The notes beneath the pieces are model-generated. The model saw only the letters and a list, made by a program, of their open reading frames with translations, was not told the DNA's origin and searched no databases. Positions 9,896 through 18,233 of a stretch of 64,000 nucleotides of DNA are shown one piece after another. Source of the stretch: Candidatus Omnitrophota bacterium (GTDB lineage: Bacteria > Omnitrophota > Gorgyraeia > Duberdicusellales > 4484-171); the NCBI GenBank assembly GCA_041652815.1, contig JBAZGN010000003.1:129530-193529 (forward strand). Direction: 5' to 3'. The position numbers and the translations under genes are program-made. Positions within the stretch are counted from its first letter, which is position 1. The number at the start of each line of letters is the position of its first letter.

Positions 9896-10717
9896 ATGGA
9901 AGCAATAAAAGCATACTTGGATAGGATAAAACACATTTCTCTTCTTTCTAAGAGCGAAGAAGAGGATTTGATACGCAAAGCAAAACGCGGCAACCGTGAA
10001 GCACGGCGTAAAATCATAAACGCCAATCTTAAGCTGGTTGTAAACATTGCCAAACATTACAGCCACTTTGACCTGCCGCTGATGGATTTAATTGCTGAGG
10101 GCAATATCGGGCTTATGCGCGCAATTGACAAATTCAATATCGGCAAAGGCTTTCGTTTTTCAACTTACGCTGCCTGGTGGATACGGCAAGCAATTTCCCG
10201 GGCGCTGATTGACCAGGGCAAAACCATTCGTATACCGGTTTATATGAGCGAATTTATGTCCAAATACAAGAAAATAAACGAAAGCCTGCGGCAGAAATTA
10301 AAAAGGGAACCCAGTAGAAGCGAAATAGCTGTTAAGATAAAACTTCCGGTTGAAAAAGTCGGAGAAATAGAAATGTGGATGCAGAAAAAAGCTTCGCTCG
10401 AAGCTCCAGTAGGAGAAGACGGCGAATCTCAATTGGGAGATTTTATCCAGGGAAGCGAATATGCCGATACCAATAAGGAAGTTGAGAAGTTTTTTGACCA
10501 TGAAAGAGTTGTGCATTTGTTAGACTTCGTTACAGAAAGAGAGCGGCAAGTCCTTAATTTACGCTTCGGCATAGAAAACGGCAAATCACATACATTAGCG
10601 GAAGTTTCAAAAATTTTAAACGTTTCACGGGAACGTGTAAGACAAATCGAAAAAGACGCGTTAATAAAACTTAAAAAATACTCCGTGCAGGAACAGCAGA
10701 AAGACCTGGAAATTTAA
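9896..10717 (+). CDS. RNA polymerase sigma-70 family factor (RpoD/SigA-like, regions 2-4)
   Basis: Region 2 (DLIAEGNIGLMRAIDKFNIGKGFRFSTYAAWWIRQAI) and region 4.2 (TLAEVSKILNVSRERVRQIE) are present. Confidence 0.85.
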   Translation: MEAIKAYLDRIKHISLLSKSEEEDLIRKAKRGNREARRKIINANLKLVVNIAKHYSHFDLPLMDLIAEGNIGLMRAIDKFNIGKGFRFSTYAAWWIRQAISRALIDQGKTIRIPVYMSEFMSKYKKINESLRQKLKREPSRSEIAVKIKLPVEKVGEIEMWMQKKASLEAPVGEDGESQLGDFIQGSEYADTNKEVEKFFDHERVVHLLDFVTERERQVLNLRFGIENGKSHTLAEVSKILNVSRERVRQIEKDALIKLKKYSVQEQQKDLEI

Positions 10718-10736
10718 TTTACATAAAAGGAGGGTT

Positions 10737-11255
10737 ATGAAACTAGAAAAACATATCAGAAATATTCCTGACTTTCCAAAAAAAGGGATTCAATTCAAGG
10801 ACATAACCACCTTACTTAGTGATAAAAAAGCGTTCAAGGCTACGGTTAACGGCTTAGCAAAATTATTTAAGGACAAGGAGATAGACTATGTGGTTGCTGC
10901 TGAAGCCAGAGGTTTTATTTTAGGAGGAGCGCTTAGCTATAAACTTGGTTGCGGCTTTATTCCGGTAAGAAAACCGGGGAAACTTCCATATAGAACATAT
11001 AGCCATTCATATTCCCTGGAATATGGAACAAACGAATTGCATATTCACGAAGACGCTCTTCCAAAAAACGCAAAGGTACTTATCATTGACGACCTTTTGG
11101 CAACAGGCGGCACAGCATTAGCCTTAGTTAATCTGGTAAAAAAATTTGATGCTGATATCGTTGGCGTTGCTTTCCTCATCGAACTTACCGACTTAAAAGG
11201 TAAAGAGAAATTTAAAGAATATCCAGTGTATTCGTTAATCAAATTTGACATATAG
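10737..11255 (+). CDS. apt: Adenine phosphoribosyltransferase
   Basis: PRTase motif VLIIDDLLATGGT with overall APRT architecture. Confidence 0.88.
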   Translation: MKLEKHIRNIPDFPKKGIQFKDITTLLSDKKAFKATVNGLAKLFKDKEIDYVVAAEARGFILGGALSYKLGCGFIPVRKPGKLPYRTYSHSYSLEYGTNELHIHEDALPKNAKVLIIDDLLATGGTALALVNLVKKFDADIVGVAFLIELTDLKGKEKFKEYPVYSLIKFDI

Positions 11256-11345
11256 ACTGGAAACCTGGTTCATACCGTAAAATTCTGGATAATAAGACAC
11301 CAAAAAACCGTTATTTCTTATCAAGCTTATTTGGCTTGATTTCTT

Positions 11346-11418
11346 GCCCCTATAGCTCAAACGGACAGAGCGCGGCCCTCCTAAGGCTGAAATCCCCGTT
11401 CGACTCGGGGTGGGGGCA
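11346..11418 (+). tRNA. tRNA-Arg(CCT)
   Basis: Hand-folded cloverleaf: acceptor GCCCCTA/TGGGGGC, D-stem GCTC/GAGC, anticodon loop CTCCTAA (anticodon CCT), T-arm CCCCG-TTCGACT-CGGGG. CCA is not encoded. Confidence 0.8.
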
Positions 11419-11563
11419 TGGTTTAACACCCTTTAACGTCTCACAGCCTATCGATTTGCCTTTACGCCCTTACAGGCAGGTGTCGGATACACTGCAAAGA
11501 AAGCTTTGGCTTACAGCCAAAGAGTGTATACGACTCGGGGTGGGGGCATGGTTTAACACCCTT
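11401..11563. repeat. 33-bp perfect direct repeat (11401-11433 and 11531-11563) duplicating the tRNA-Arg 3' end plus 13 nt downstream
   Basis: The sequence cgactcggggtgggggcatggtttaacaccctt occurs twice, 130 bp apart. A small hairpin (ctttggcttacagccaaag) lies between the copies. Confidence 0.8.
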
Positions 11564-11708
11564 TGTATCACGTCCCACGTAACAAGTATCATGTTTAAGA
11601 CCTGTTACGTACCACTTGTTACTTGTTACCTTCTACATGGCTACGCAACCGCTTAACACAATCGACAGAAACTAAGCTATTCTTTTCATTAAAAAACCAC
11701 CTTTTGCC

Positions 11709-11736
11709 TTGCTGAATTGCAGTTATTTGGTATAAT
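11709..11736 (+). promoter_or_regulatory. Putative sigma-70 promoter for rpsU (TTGCTG-16-TATAAT)
   Basis: Near-consensus hexamers with 16-nt spacing, about 20 nt upstream of the rpsU RBS. Confidence 0.45.
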
Positions 11737-11757
11737 AAAAAGAATTAGGAGAAAAAT

Positions 11758-11919
11758 ATGGCTGAAGTACGCATAGAAAAAAGAGAAGATTTTGAGAAAG
11801 CCCTACGCGCATTTAAAATGCAATGCAAGCGTGAGGGTATATTACAGGATTTCAAAGACCGTCAATATTACACTAAACCTTCTCAAAAAAGGCGGGAAAA
11901 CGCAAAGAAGAAACGTTAA
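11758..11919 (+). CDS. rpsU: 30S ribosomal protein S21
   Basis: 53 aa, MAEVRIEKREDFEKALRAFKMQCKREGILQDFKDRQYYTKPSQKRRENAKKKR. RBS AGGAG. Too short for the ORF track. Confidence 0.85.
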   Translation: MAEVRIEKREDFEKALRAFKMQCKREGILQDFKDRQYYTKPSQKRRENAKKKR

Positions 11920-11997
11920 ATTTATTTTAAACAATGTAGAGTAAAAATTTTCACTGCCAAAAGCTAATAATCATTAACAGTAAAATTATTTAATTGC

Positions 11998-12276
11998 ATG
12001 AATTGCGAAGAAATAAAAATAATAATACCCTCCTACATAAAGCACACCGCTACCGACCAGGACATATCAAAAGTAGAAGAACATTTATGTATCTGCGATA
12101 GTTGCCGGCAGCACCTTGCGCAATTAATGAATAAGCCAAGCGCTATACCTATGCCGCAGAAAGAAACTCTTCCTGAAATACCCATGAAAAAAGACACAAA
12201 CATATTAGAGTATGTTATGCTTGGCATAGGTGTTGTCGTGTTACTTTTTGTAGTTTTTCTTTTAATAAAGGGGTAG
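11998..12276 (+). CDS. Anti-sigma factor, zf-HC2 (ZAS) type, with C-terminal TM helix
   Basis: Motif EEHLCICDSCRQHL (H-x3-C-x2-C) near the N-terminus. Hydrophobic C-terminal segment. Confidence 0.6.
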   Translation: MNCEEIKIIIPSYIKHTATDQDISKVEEHLCICDSCRQHLAQLMNKPSAIPMPQKETLPEIPMKKDTNILEYVMLGIGVVVLLFVVFLLIKG

Positions 12277-12310
12277 CTAAATACTACCTTCTTAGGTATT
12301 GCAAAAAACC

Positions 12311-13030
12311 ATGAAAATTACTACCCGCGAGAAAGAAGACGTCGTTATACTTGATTTGGAAGGAAGCATTGATATCAATTCTTCGGATTTCGTAGAAACC
12401 GTAGGATGGGCCCTGGTTACAAAATCCAAGAATATACTGTGTAATTTTGAAGGAATAAACCTAATCGATTATGTCGGTATATCGCTGATTGCGGTTGCTT
12501 ATAAAAACATTCTAAACCATAAAGGCAGAATGAAACTTTGTAACGTGCCTTCTCATGTACAAAAGTTATTTTCAATAGTAGGCCTGGATAAAGTATTTAC
12601 TTACTATGAAAATGAGGACGAAGCCGTAAAAAGCTTTACAGAAGAAGTATTGTTCTCACACATTCTTGAACAGAGGCTTCGCCGGCGGTTTAAACGTATA
12701 CCTTTACATAACATTATCGAGTATAAACAAAAATATTCAACGAAAGATGTTTTCTACAAGGGTAGAATAATCAATTTAAGTGCCATAGGTGTATTTATAG
12801 CCGCAGAGAAAGTATTTTCGATAGGCGAAATACTTACCACGCGCATAGATTTAACCCCTGCGCCAGGAGTCATCGAGGTTGACTCCAAGGTTGTCTGGGA
12901 ATCCGATAACGAAATCCAACCTATGGAATCTCCGGGTATGGGGCTTGAATTTTGCAACATAAGCCCCAAGGTCCAGGAACAAATTATAGATTTTGTAGAA
13001 AAACACCTTACGCATAGCTCTCAGGAGTAA
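12311..13030 (+). CDS. STAS-domain anti-sigma-factor antagonist fused to a C-terminal PilZ domain
   Basis: N-terminal MKITTREKEDVVILDLEGSIDINSS is a SpoIIAA-like STAS fold pattern. C-terminal RRRFKRIPLH...GRIINLSAIGVFIA is PilZ-like (RxxxR...D/NxSxxG). The ORF-track start at 12299 is a TTG. Confidence 0.6.
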   Translation: MKITTREKEDVVILDLEGSIDINSSDFVETVGWALVTKSKNILCNFEGINLIDYVGISLIAVAYKNILNHKGRMKLCNVPSHVQKLFSIVGLDKVFTYYENEDEAVKSFTEEVLFSHILEQRLRRRFKRIPLHNIIEYKQKYSTKDVFYKGRIINLSAIGVFIAAEKVFSIGEILTTRIDLTPAPGVIEVDSKVVWESDNEIQPMESPGMGLEFCNISPKVQEQIIDFVEKHLTHSSQE

Positions 13031-13032
13031 AC

Positions 13033-13146
13033 CCCGTTAGAGGATTAAATAGTTCTCTAACGGCATTGCCGACAGCGACATTGGGACGCAGTCGGTTTCA
13101 AACAGAGAAAGTTGCTAAACTTAATTGGTGGCTTTCTCTAACGGGG
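13033..13146. repeat. CCCCGTTAGAG/CTCTAACGGGG inverted-repeat element (nested hairpin)
   Basis: ccccgttagag at 13033-13043 pairs with ctctaacgg at 13055-13063 and with ctctaacgggg at 13136-13146. Confidence 0.6.
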
Positions 13147-13152
13147 TAAATT

Positions 13153-13737
13153 ATGAATATTATTATAATCATTTTCATTGCCGCCGGGGTCATCTTTACG
13201 TTATACGCTTTCATAGCTTCAACCAGCGAAACAAAAGATAAAAAACGAAAAGAAAGCAGCATCTTTGACCTTAAACAACAGGTCATTTCCTCAAATGTAA
13301 AAATACAAAATCTGGAGTTCGATAATTCATCGCTACGTACTGAAATGGAAAAATTGCGCAGCGAACTTACGGCTGCCAAAGAAGATTTAAACGATTCCCG
13401 CGAAAATGAAGGCGCCATCAAAGAAGACTTACAAAATATGCGGCTTGCTGAAGACAGCCTTAAATCAACTCTTGATACGCTTCGCGCGGAAAATGAAAGC
13501 CTAAAAGACAAACTCATGGAAAAAGAAAATGAAAATAAGAGGCTTCTCGACGAAAATAAAGATTTTAGAGAAAGAATGAAAATAAAACCGGCAGGCGCAC
13601 CTAACAGCGAAATAGATACGGTTAAGAAAAACATAACCGACGCGATACATAATATAGAAAAGAAAAATATAGAAGATAGCCAAAAGAATAAAGAAACGAA
13701 AATTGATAAAGATACCGAAAGTAAGGATTCCCTATAA
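13153..13737 (+). CDS. Membrane-anchored coiled-coil protein (hypothetical)
   Basis: N-terminal TM helix followed by a long charged heptad-like region (LEFDNSSLRTEMEKLRSELTAAKEDL...). The antisense ORF 13098..13787 is low complexity. Confidence 0.5.
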   Translation: MNIIIIIFIAAGVIFTLYAFIASTSETKDKKRKESSIFDLKQQVISSNVKIQNLEFDNSSLRTEMEKLRSELTAAKEDLNDSRENEGAIKEDLQNMRLAEDSLKSTLDTLRAENESLKDKLMEKENENKRLLDENKDFRERMKIKPAGAPNSEIDTVKKNITDAIHNIEKKNIEDSQKNKETKIDKDTESKDSL

Positions 13738-13752
13738 ACACAAGGAGGCTCT

Positions 13753-13914
13753 ATGAAGGTAGGTGCACGCCGGATAAAAATATTCAAAATAAAAAACCGC
13801 CGCGGCTATGCATGCATTTTTTCAAACCATCTCACTGAAGGTAAAAGCACTATCGAAGCCTATGACCGGATGCTGAAAGCCCTGCGTAGAAGCGGTATCA
13901 AAGTAAAAAAATAA
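13753..13914 (+). CDS. Small basic hypothetical protein (53 aa)
   Basis: Strong RBS AAGGAGG 4 nt upstream of the ATG. Protein sequence MKVGARRIKIFKIKNRRGYACIF... Confidence 0.4.
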   Translation: MKVGARRIKIFKIKNRRGYACIFSNHLTEGKSTIEAYDRMLKALRRSGIKVKK

Positions 13915-13961
13915 CCTTTCAAGCTTTAAAACCTGCTTACAAACGTTTAATTTTACAAGCA

Positions 13962-14294
13962 ATGACCTTACAAAATATAATTGATAAACTCTCTAGCATA
14001 AATATCACGGAGAAACGCACGATATCCGAGGAGTACGACGAAATAGTTATTTTGAATAAAGATATCAGTGCATTAAATAAAATATTTGCTGACATCTTCG
14101 GAGAACCTGAAAAAAAGCAAGGGGTGAAGCCCTCTAAAGATATCTTACTCTTAACTGAAGATTATGGCGGTGTTTGGGAAAATCAAACCCTTTTCAAAAA
14201 AGATAATGGACAAAATATCATAATCGCTATGCTTTGGCCGTGGCAGGACAATATACATACCACATTAAAAATGGCAACAATAAAGAGTAAATAG
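13962..14294 (+). CDS. Hypothetical protein
   Basis: 110-aa ORF with no recognisable motif. Confidence 0.35.
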   Translation: MTLQNIIDKLSSINITEKRTISEEYDEIVILNKDISALNKIFADIFGEPEKKQGVKPSKDILLLTEDYGGVWENQTLFKKDNGQNIIIAMLWPWQDNIHTTLKMATIKSK

Positions 14295-14296
14295 AC

Positions 14297-14950
14297 ATGA
14301 AATATATTTTTATATTTTTAATTTTACTGTTTTTTTCGTTAAATCTTCAGGCAAAAGAGTATAAATACATCGAAAGAATAAAAGATTGCTATACAGATAT
14401 ATTCTGGAAAATAAGATCGGAAAAGTACTGGACCGTGCTTGAAACGAAACACGCTCAAGAAACCTACACCACGACAAATGATTCGCATCTAAATGCCTTA
14501 GAGTGGCATCTGGTAAATACCACCGACAAAACAGATATTCTAGCTAAACGGCGAAAAGATTTAATCACGATAAGCGGGGTTTTTAAATCAAAACCGATAG
14601 AAAGAAGCATAAAAATCGACAAAGACCCCTGGTACCAACCAATGTCTTTTTCATTATCAAAACTCGCAAAGTCGAGAGGAAAAGCCATCACCTTTTGGAC
14701 GTTAAATCCTATGGACCTAAAGCCATATAAAATGAAGGCTTTAAATTACGGAAAAGAAACAATAAATGTAAACGGAAAAGAAATAAAAACCTATAAGATA
14801 AAAGTTATTCTTACCGGTTTTCGCTCAATGTTCTGGCATGCCTTTTATTGGTACCGCGTAGATGATAATGCCCTTGTGCAATATAAAGGCGCTGACGGCC
14901 CACCAACAAGCCCCATAACCGTAATTAACCTGGTAGAAGAAAGTTTTTAA
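14297..14950 (+). CDS. Secreted hypothetical protein
   Basis: Signal peptide MKYIFIFLILLFFSLNLQA. Tightly follows the upstream gene. Confidence 0.5.
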   Translation: MKYIFIFLILLFFSLNLQAKEYKYIERIKDCYTDIFWKIRSEKYWTVLETKHAQETYTTTNDSHLNALEWHLVNTTDKTDILAKRRKDLITISGVFKSKPIERSIKIDKDPWYQPMSFSLSKLAKSRGKAITFWTLNPMDLKPYKMKALNYGKETINVNGKEIKTYKIKVILTGFRSMFWHAFYWYRVDDNALVQYKGADGPPTSPITVINLVEESF

Positions 14951-14998
14951 ACCTTAGGCAGAGGAGAGACCACTCTTAGAGGGGTATCCTTTTATCGG

Positions 14999-15027
14999 TT
15001 TACAAAATCCTAAGTTTGTGTTATACT
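14999..15027 (+). promoter_or_regulatory. Near-consensus sigma-70 promoter (TTTACA-17-TATACT)
   Basis: Hexamers at 14999-15004 and 15022-15027, followed by a GT-rich leader of about 80 nt and the RBS of the 15108 gene. Confidence 0.5.
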
Positions 15028-15107
15028 CTTTCTGTGTTTTTTAGTGGTTTTTAGTGTTTTATGGTGTTCTCATAAATCCAAATTACTAAATAAATCAGGA
15101 GGAAGTA

Positions 15108-15320
15108 ATGGCGAGTAAAGCAAAAAAAGGCAGGCCTAAAAAGGTAGTAAAATACACAAAAACGATAAATGTCCGGTTAACCCGGGAACAATGGGTTGAG
15201 ATATTAAACTGGGCAGAAAAGGCCCACCTGGAACCATCCGTATACATACGAAAGATAGTCCTGGATTTTTTAAACATTCATTACAATCCGCAAGGCGTAA
15301 CAACCAGTCCCCAAAAGTAA
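15108..15320 (+). CDS. Ribbon-helix-helix DNA-binding protein, MobC/CopG-like
   Basis: Motif KYTKTINVRLTREQWVEILNWAEKAHLEPSVYIRKIVLDF is an RHH pattern typical of mobilisation or plasmid accessory proteins. RBS AGGAGG. Confidence 0.5.
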   Translation: MASKAKKGRPKKVVKYTKTINVRLTREQWVEILNWAEKAHLEPSVYIRKIVLDFLNIHYNPQGVTTSPQK

Positions 15321-15383
15321 GCTCGAGACGGAAAGATTTAACCCCATTAATAGCAATACCTGAACCCACCAGGCAGAACAAAG

Positions 15384-15409
15384 AGAATGTACCTTGAGAA
15401 TGTACCTTA
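15384..15409. repeat. 13-bp tandem repeat x2 (gagaatgtacctt)
   Basis: Perfect tandem duplication directly downstream of the RHH gene. Confidence 0.7.
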
Positions 15410-15883
15410 CTTCCTATAATATATCTTATGTTAACTTTTATTATTGTCTAAAATCAGCTAATAGCTAATAGGGTCAATCATTTATTGAATTATTATAAAA
15501 AGCTGTGAATTCAAGGCGGGCTTCTTACCTCTATCTATATATTCTTACTTTATGTTTATTACCGTATTCTTCCAAGCCTATAAGAATCCTACCGGAAACT
15601 AGCCTTATAATACCCCTAAATCAGTCAAAATAGCCTCGATTTTAGCTTTAAAATACGGGATAGGGTTTGTCTATGGCGGGAAATAAAAAAGGCCGATAAG
15701 GGAGATTTTCCGATGCAACCCAGCTGCCGTAGCAGCTCCAACTGCCTAGCTTGCTTTGGTCTAAAGCAACGGCTTGTTGTACTACTTTAGGCCTGTGGCT
15801 TTGCGACCCCCGGCTTTCGCGACGGGGTTTACCCTTACCGGCAATTAATATATACAATATATTTTTATTATTTTCAAGTAGGC

Positions 15884-16372
15884 CTAAATTTTGTAGGATC
15901 TTTTCCGTAGACTAAGGATTAAAATAGCAGCTATATAGCTAAGCAGGCCGCAGCAGATTGCAACAACCAAATACCCAAGCATAATAGGCAATATCATTTT
16001 TAAAACTGACATCTTAAATAGCCCTACGAAGGTGAAATCTTTCACGAATAATGACCATTTTTCTTTTATCTCCTGCCAGTTTACCCCTATTATAATTGAA
16101 CCTATTTTTATCGATATTAAAAAAGTTACAAAACTTAGCCAGGTATTTGTAACTAAACTACCAAGTAAGGCTGTTGCGCGATTGGCTCTGGCTAAGGAGG
16201 CTAAAAAGACTGCAGCAATTGGGCCTGTCCCCGGCAGTATGCCCGAAAATACACCTAAGCCAAGGCCTAAGGCAATTTTTTGCGGGGTATCGTTAGTCCG
16301 AACTAATTTTATATATAGTACAGTTATTAATCGTTTTAAACGTTGTAAGTTTATTAAATTTGAAATCCTCAT
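15884..16372 (-). CDS. DUF2062-family membrane protein
   Basis: Segment ALGLGLGVFSGILPGTGP...ATALLGSLVTNTW is a DUF2062 pattern. Confidence 0.5.
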   Translation of the reverse strand: MRISNLINLQRLKRLITVLYIKLVRTNDTPQKIALGLGLGVFSGILPGTGPIAAVFLASLARANRATALLGSLVTNTWLSFVTFLISIKIGSIIIGVNWQEIKEKWSLFVKDFTFVGLFKMSVLKMILPIMLGYLVVAICCGLLSYIAAILILSLRKRSYKI

Positions 16373-16390
16373 ATGGAAAAGTACGGTAAC

Positions 16391-17341
16391 TTACAGAAAA
16401 TTTTTCTCAAGGCTTGTATCCGGATTAAAATATACTCCAGCCATATCCTCTTTTTGGGTAAAATCCTGCACCCAGCCCTTTAGCCTAAGATTTTGCACTA
16501 ATTCTTTCACCTGGTTATATTCATCGAAATTTACGGTGCGGTTTATTTGAGGGTATAGTTTAGCTTTATAATACGGTTGATATTGAAACATTATACTGGT
16601 TAAACAATTAGGAATATTCTCTTTTATCCAGGAAAGTATCGTAACTGTTTCCTGAATATGCCCGGGAATAACCAAATGCCTCACTACAAGGCCGCTTATT
16701 AAGACATTGCCCTTAAAATGCGCTTTGTTTTTTTGCTTATACATTTCAAGTATTGCTTCTTTATTATAAACATTATAATCGTCAGCATCGGAACATTTGC
16801 GAGCTAAACTTTCGCTTATATATTTCATATCCGGTAGATAAATATCCACTATACCGGAAAGCTTGGCTATAATTTCTTTTTTCTCATACCCGGAAGTATT
16901 ATAAACAATCGGTATGTTTAGGCCGCCTGAAATAGCAATATGCAATGACTCTAAGATTTGGGGTAAAAAATGTGTAGGAGTAACAAGATTGATATTATGC
17001 GCTTTCTCACTTTGGAGCTTAAGCATCAAATCTGCCATTTTCTCACAGCTTTTTAAGCTGCCTTCAAGAAAGTGGGAAAATTTATAATTCTGGCAATATA
17101 TGCACCCAAGATTACAGCCTGAAAAAAATATGGTACCGCTCCCCTGCGTTCCGCTTATGGCAGGCTCCTCTCCCCTATGCAAAAATGCAGTATAAATAAC
17201 CGGGACATTCCCCGCCTTACAGTATCCGCGTTGACCGTTTAAACGGTCAACCTTGCAATTTCTGGGACAAATATCGCAAGCTTCGAGCCTGGGGGTAAGC
17301 AGTTTTAGGCTTTCTTCGATAAGCTTAATTTTACTTTTCAT
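16391..17341 (-). CDS. Radical SAM protein, PflX-like (pyruvate formate-lyase activase homolog, COG1313)
   Basis: N-terminal CDICPRNCKVDRLNGQRGYC plus SGCNLGCIYCQN (CxxxCxxC). Confidence 0.7.
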   Translation of the reverse strand: MKSKIKLIEESLKLLTPRLEACDICPRNCKVDRLNGQRGYCKAGNVPVIYTAFLHRGEEPAISGTQGSGTIFFSGCNLGCIYCQNYKFSHFLEGSLKSCEKMADLMLKLQSEKAHNINLVTPTHFLPQILESLHIAISGGLNIPIVYNTSGYEKKEIIAKLSGIVDIYLPDMKYISESLARKCSDADDYNVYNKEAILEMYKQKNKAHFKGNVLISGLVVRHLVIPGHIQETVTILSWIKENIPNCLTSIMFQYQPYYKAKLYPQINRTVNFDEYNQVKELVQNLRLKGWVQDFTQKEDMAGVYFNPDTSLEKNFL

Positions 17342-17864
17342 TGTTCTTTAACTGTTGCCTGTATTTTTCTCGTAGGACAAGAAAAATTTCCTTATATTCA
17401 GGCGTTTTATAGTCCGGGTAGGTTGTCGGAAGATCCTGGAAATTTGAATCTTTATAATATAAAGTTACTTCTTCAAATATTCCGCAACCCACGTATATGC
17501 GATGACAATAATCCTTTGTAGTTGTAAGCACTAATTTTCCTTCATTAATATAGCCAGGGTCTATGTTTATGGTGCGTTTCGCGTCATGCGCCAGCTTTTT
17601 TTCTATTTTTATACAAAATAATTTTATTGCCACAAACTCTGCCGGGTCTTTCAACTTTTCAAAAGAAACAAATCGCCTGTACAAAGGCTTACCCATTTCT
17701 TTTTCGTAATAATTAGTAAAACTAAAATCAAAGCAGCTGCTTGCAAAATCAATTTTACCGAATTTACGTTCGAGTATTTTATACGTTTTAAGGTAGCTAT
17801 CTTCGTTTGAATAAATAAAACTGCAGAAAAATTTGACGGCTAAAGGAAAGAGTCTTTTAAGCAC
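17331..17864 (-). CDS. DUF4416-family protein
   Basis: Motifs INIDPGYINEGKLVLTTTKDYCHRIYVGCGIFEEVTLYY and TYPDYKTPEYKEIF recalled as DUF4416. 11-nt overlap with the radical SAM gene start. Confidence 0.45.
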   Translation of the reverse strand: MLKRLFPLAVKFFCSFIYSNEDSYLKTYKILERKFGKIDFASSCFDFSFTNYYEKEMGKPLYRRFVSFEKLKDPAEFVAIKLFCIKIEKKLAHDAKRTINIDPGYINEGKLVLTTTKDYCHRIYVGCGIFEEVTLYYKDSNFQDLPTTYPDYKTPEYKEIFLVLREKYRQQLKNNEK

Positions 17865-17867
17865 TTT

Positions 17868-18233
17868 TTAAAAGATATTTGAAGGTTTCGATATCGAAGT
17901 AAGATAAGACATGAGGCAGCGACGGTCGGTTTCTTTTATTTCGCTAAAGTATATACCAAGACAGTATGATTGTTTACCATTGTCCTGCACGTGTTCGCTT
18001 CGAACGACTACACCCTTACAGTTTATTTTTTTTACGTTTTTATGGTTAGCCTTATTAAGCGGCACAAGCAAAACTATATCAAGTTTAGTCATCGGCGCAA
18101 TAGCTTTGTTTACCGCACAATACGCACCGCTACCACTTATATTTTTGGTTTCTGTAACCAGATCACAGTCAGCTGCACAAAGCTTTAAGGCAAGATTACC
18201 TTCGATGCGGGGATAACTTCTTTTTTCGCTCAT
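17868..18233 (-). CDS. PilZ-domain protein
   Basis: Motif RSYPRIEGNLALKL...KNISGSGAY is the PilZ RxxxR...DxSxxG signature. Confidence 0.6.
   Translation of the reverse strand: MSEKRSYPRIEGNLALKLCAADCDLVTETKNISGSGAYCAVNKAIAPMTKLDIVLLVPLNKANHKNVKKINCKGVVVRSEHVQDNGKQSYCLGIYFSEIKETDRRCLMSYLTSISKPSNIF

Noticed and set aside
11336-11656. 106-aa plus-strand ORF
   Set aside because: It overlaps the tRNA-Arg gene and the duplicated att-like repeat and has no protein-like features.
13098-13787. 229-aa ORF on the minus strand antisense to the coiled-coil gene
   Set aside because: Low-complexity Ser/Leu/Phe-rich translation that mirrors the charged coiled-coil ORF on the plus strand. The plus-strand ORF has a TM helix and heptad periodicity.
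14960-15100. GT-rich repeats (gtgttttttagtggtttttagtgttttatggtgtt) as a repeat element
   Set aside because: A short, single-copy, simple low-complexity tract in the leader of the RHH gene. Noted only as part of its 5' UTR.
15648-15857. 69-aa minus-strand ORF covering the GC-rich island
   Set aside because: No RBS and an Arg/Gly/Ser-rich low-complexity translation. The GC-rich block is more plausibly structured RNA or DNA.
16391-17341. Assignment of the radical SAM enzyme as the AmmeMemoRadiSam partner of the MEMO1-like gene at 37331-38152
   Set aside because: The two genes are 20 kb apart with no AMMECR1 gene seen. The N-terminal CxxCxxxC plus GCNLGCIYCQN pattern fits the broader PflX/COG1313 group, so the specific system call is not supported.
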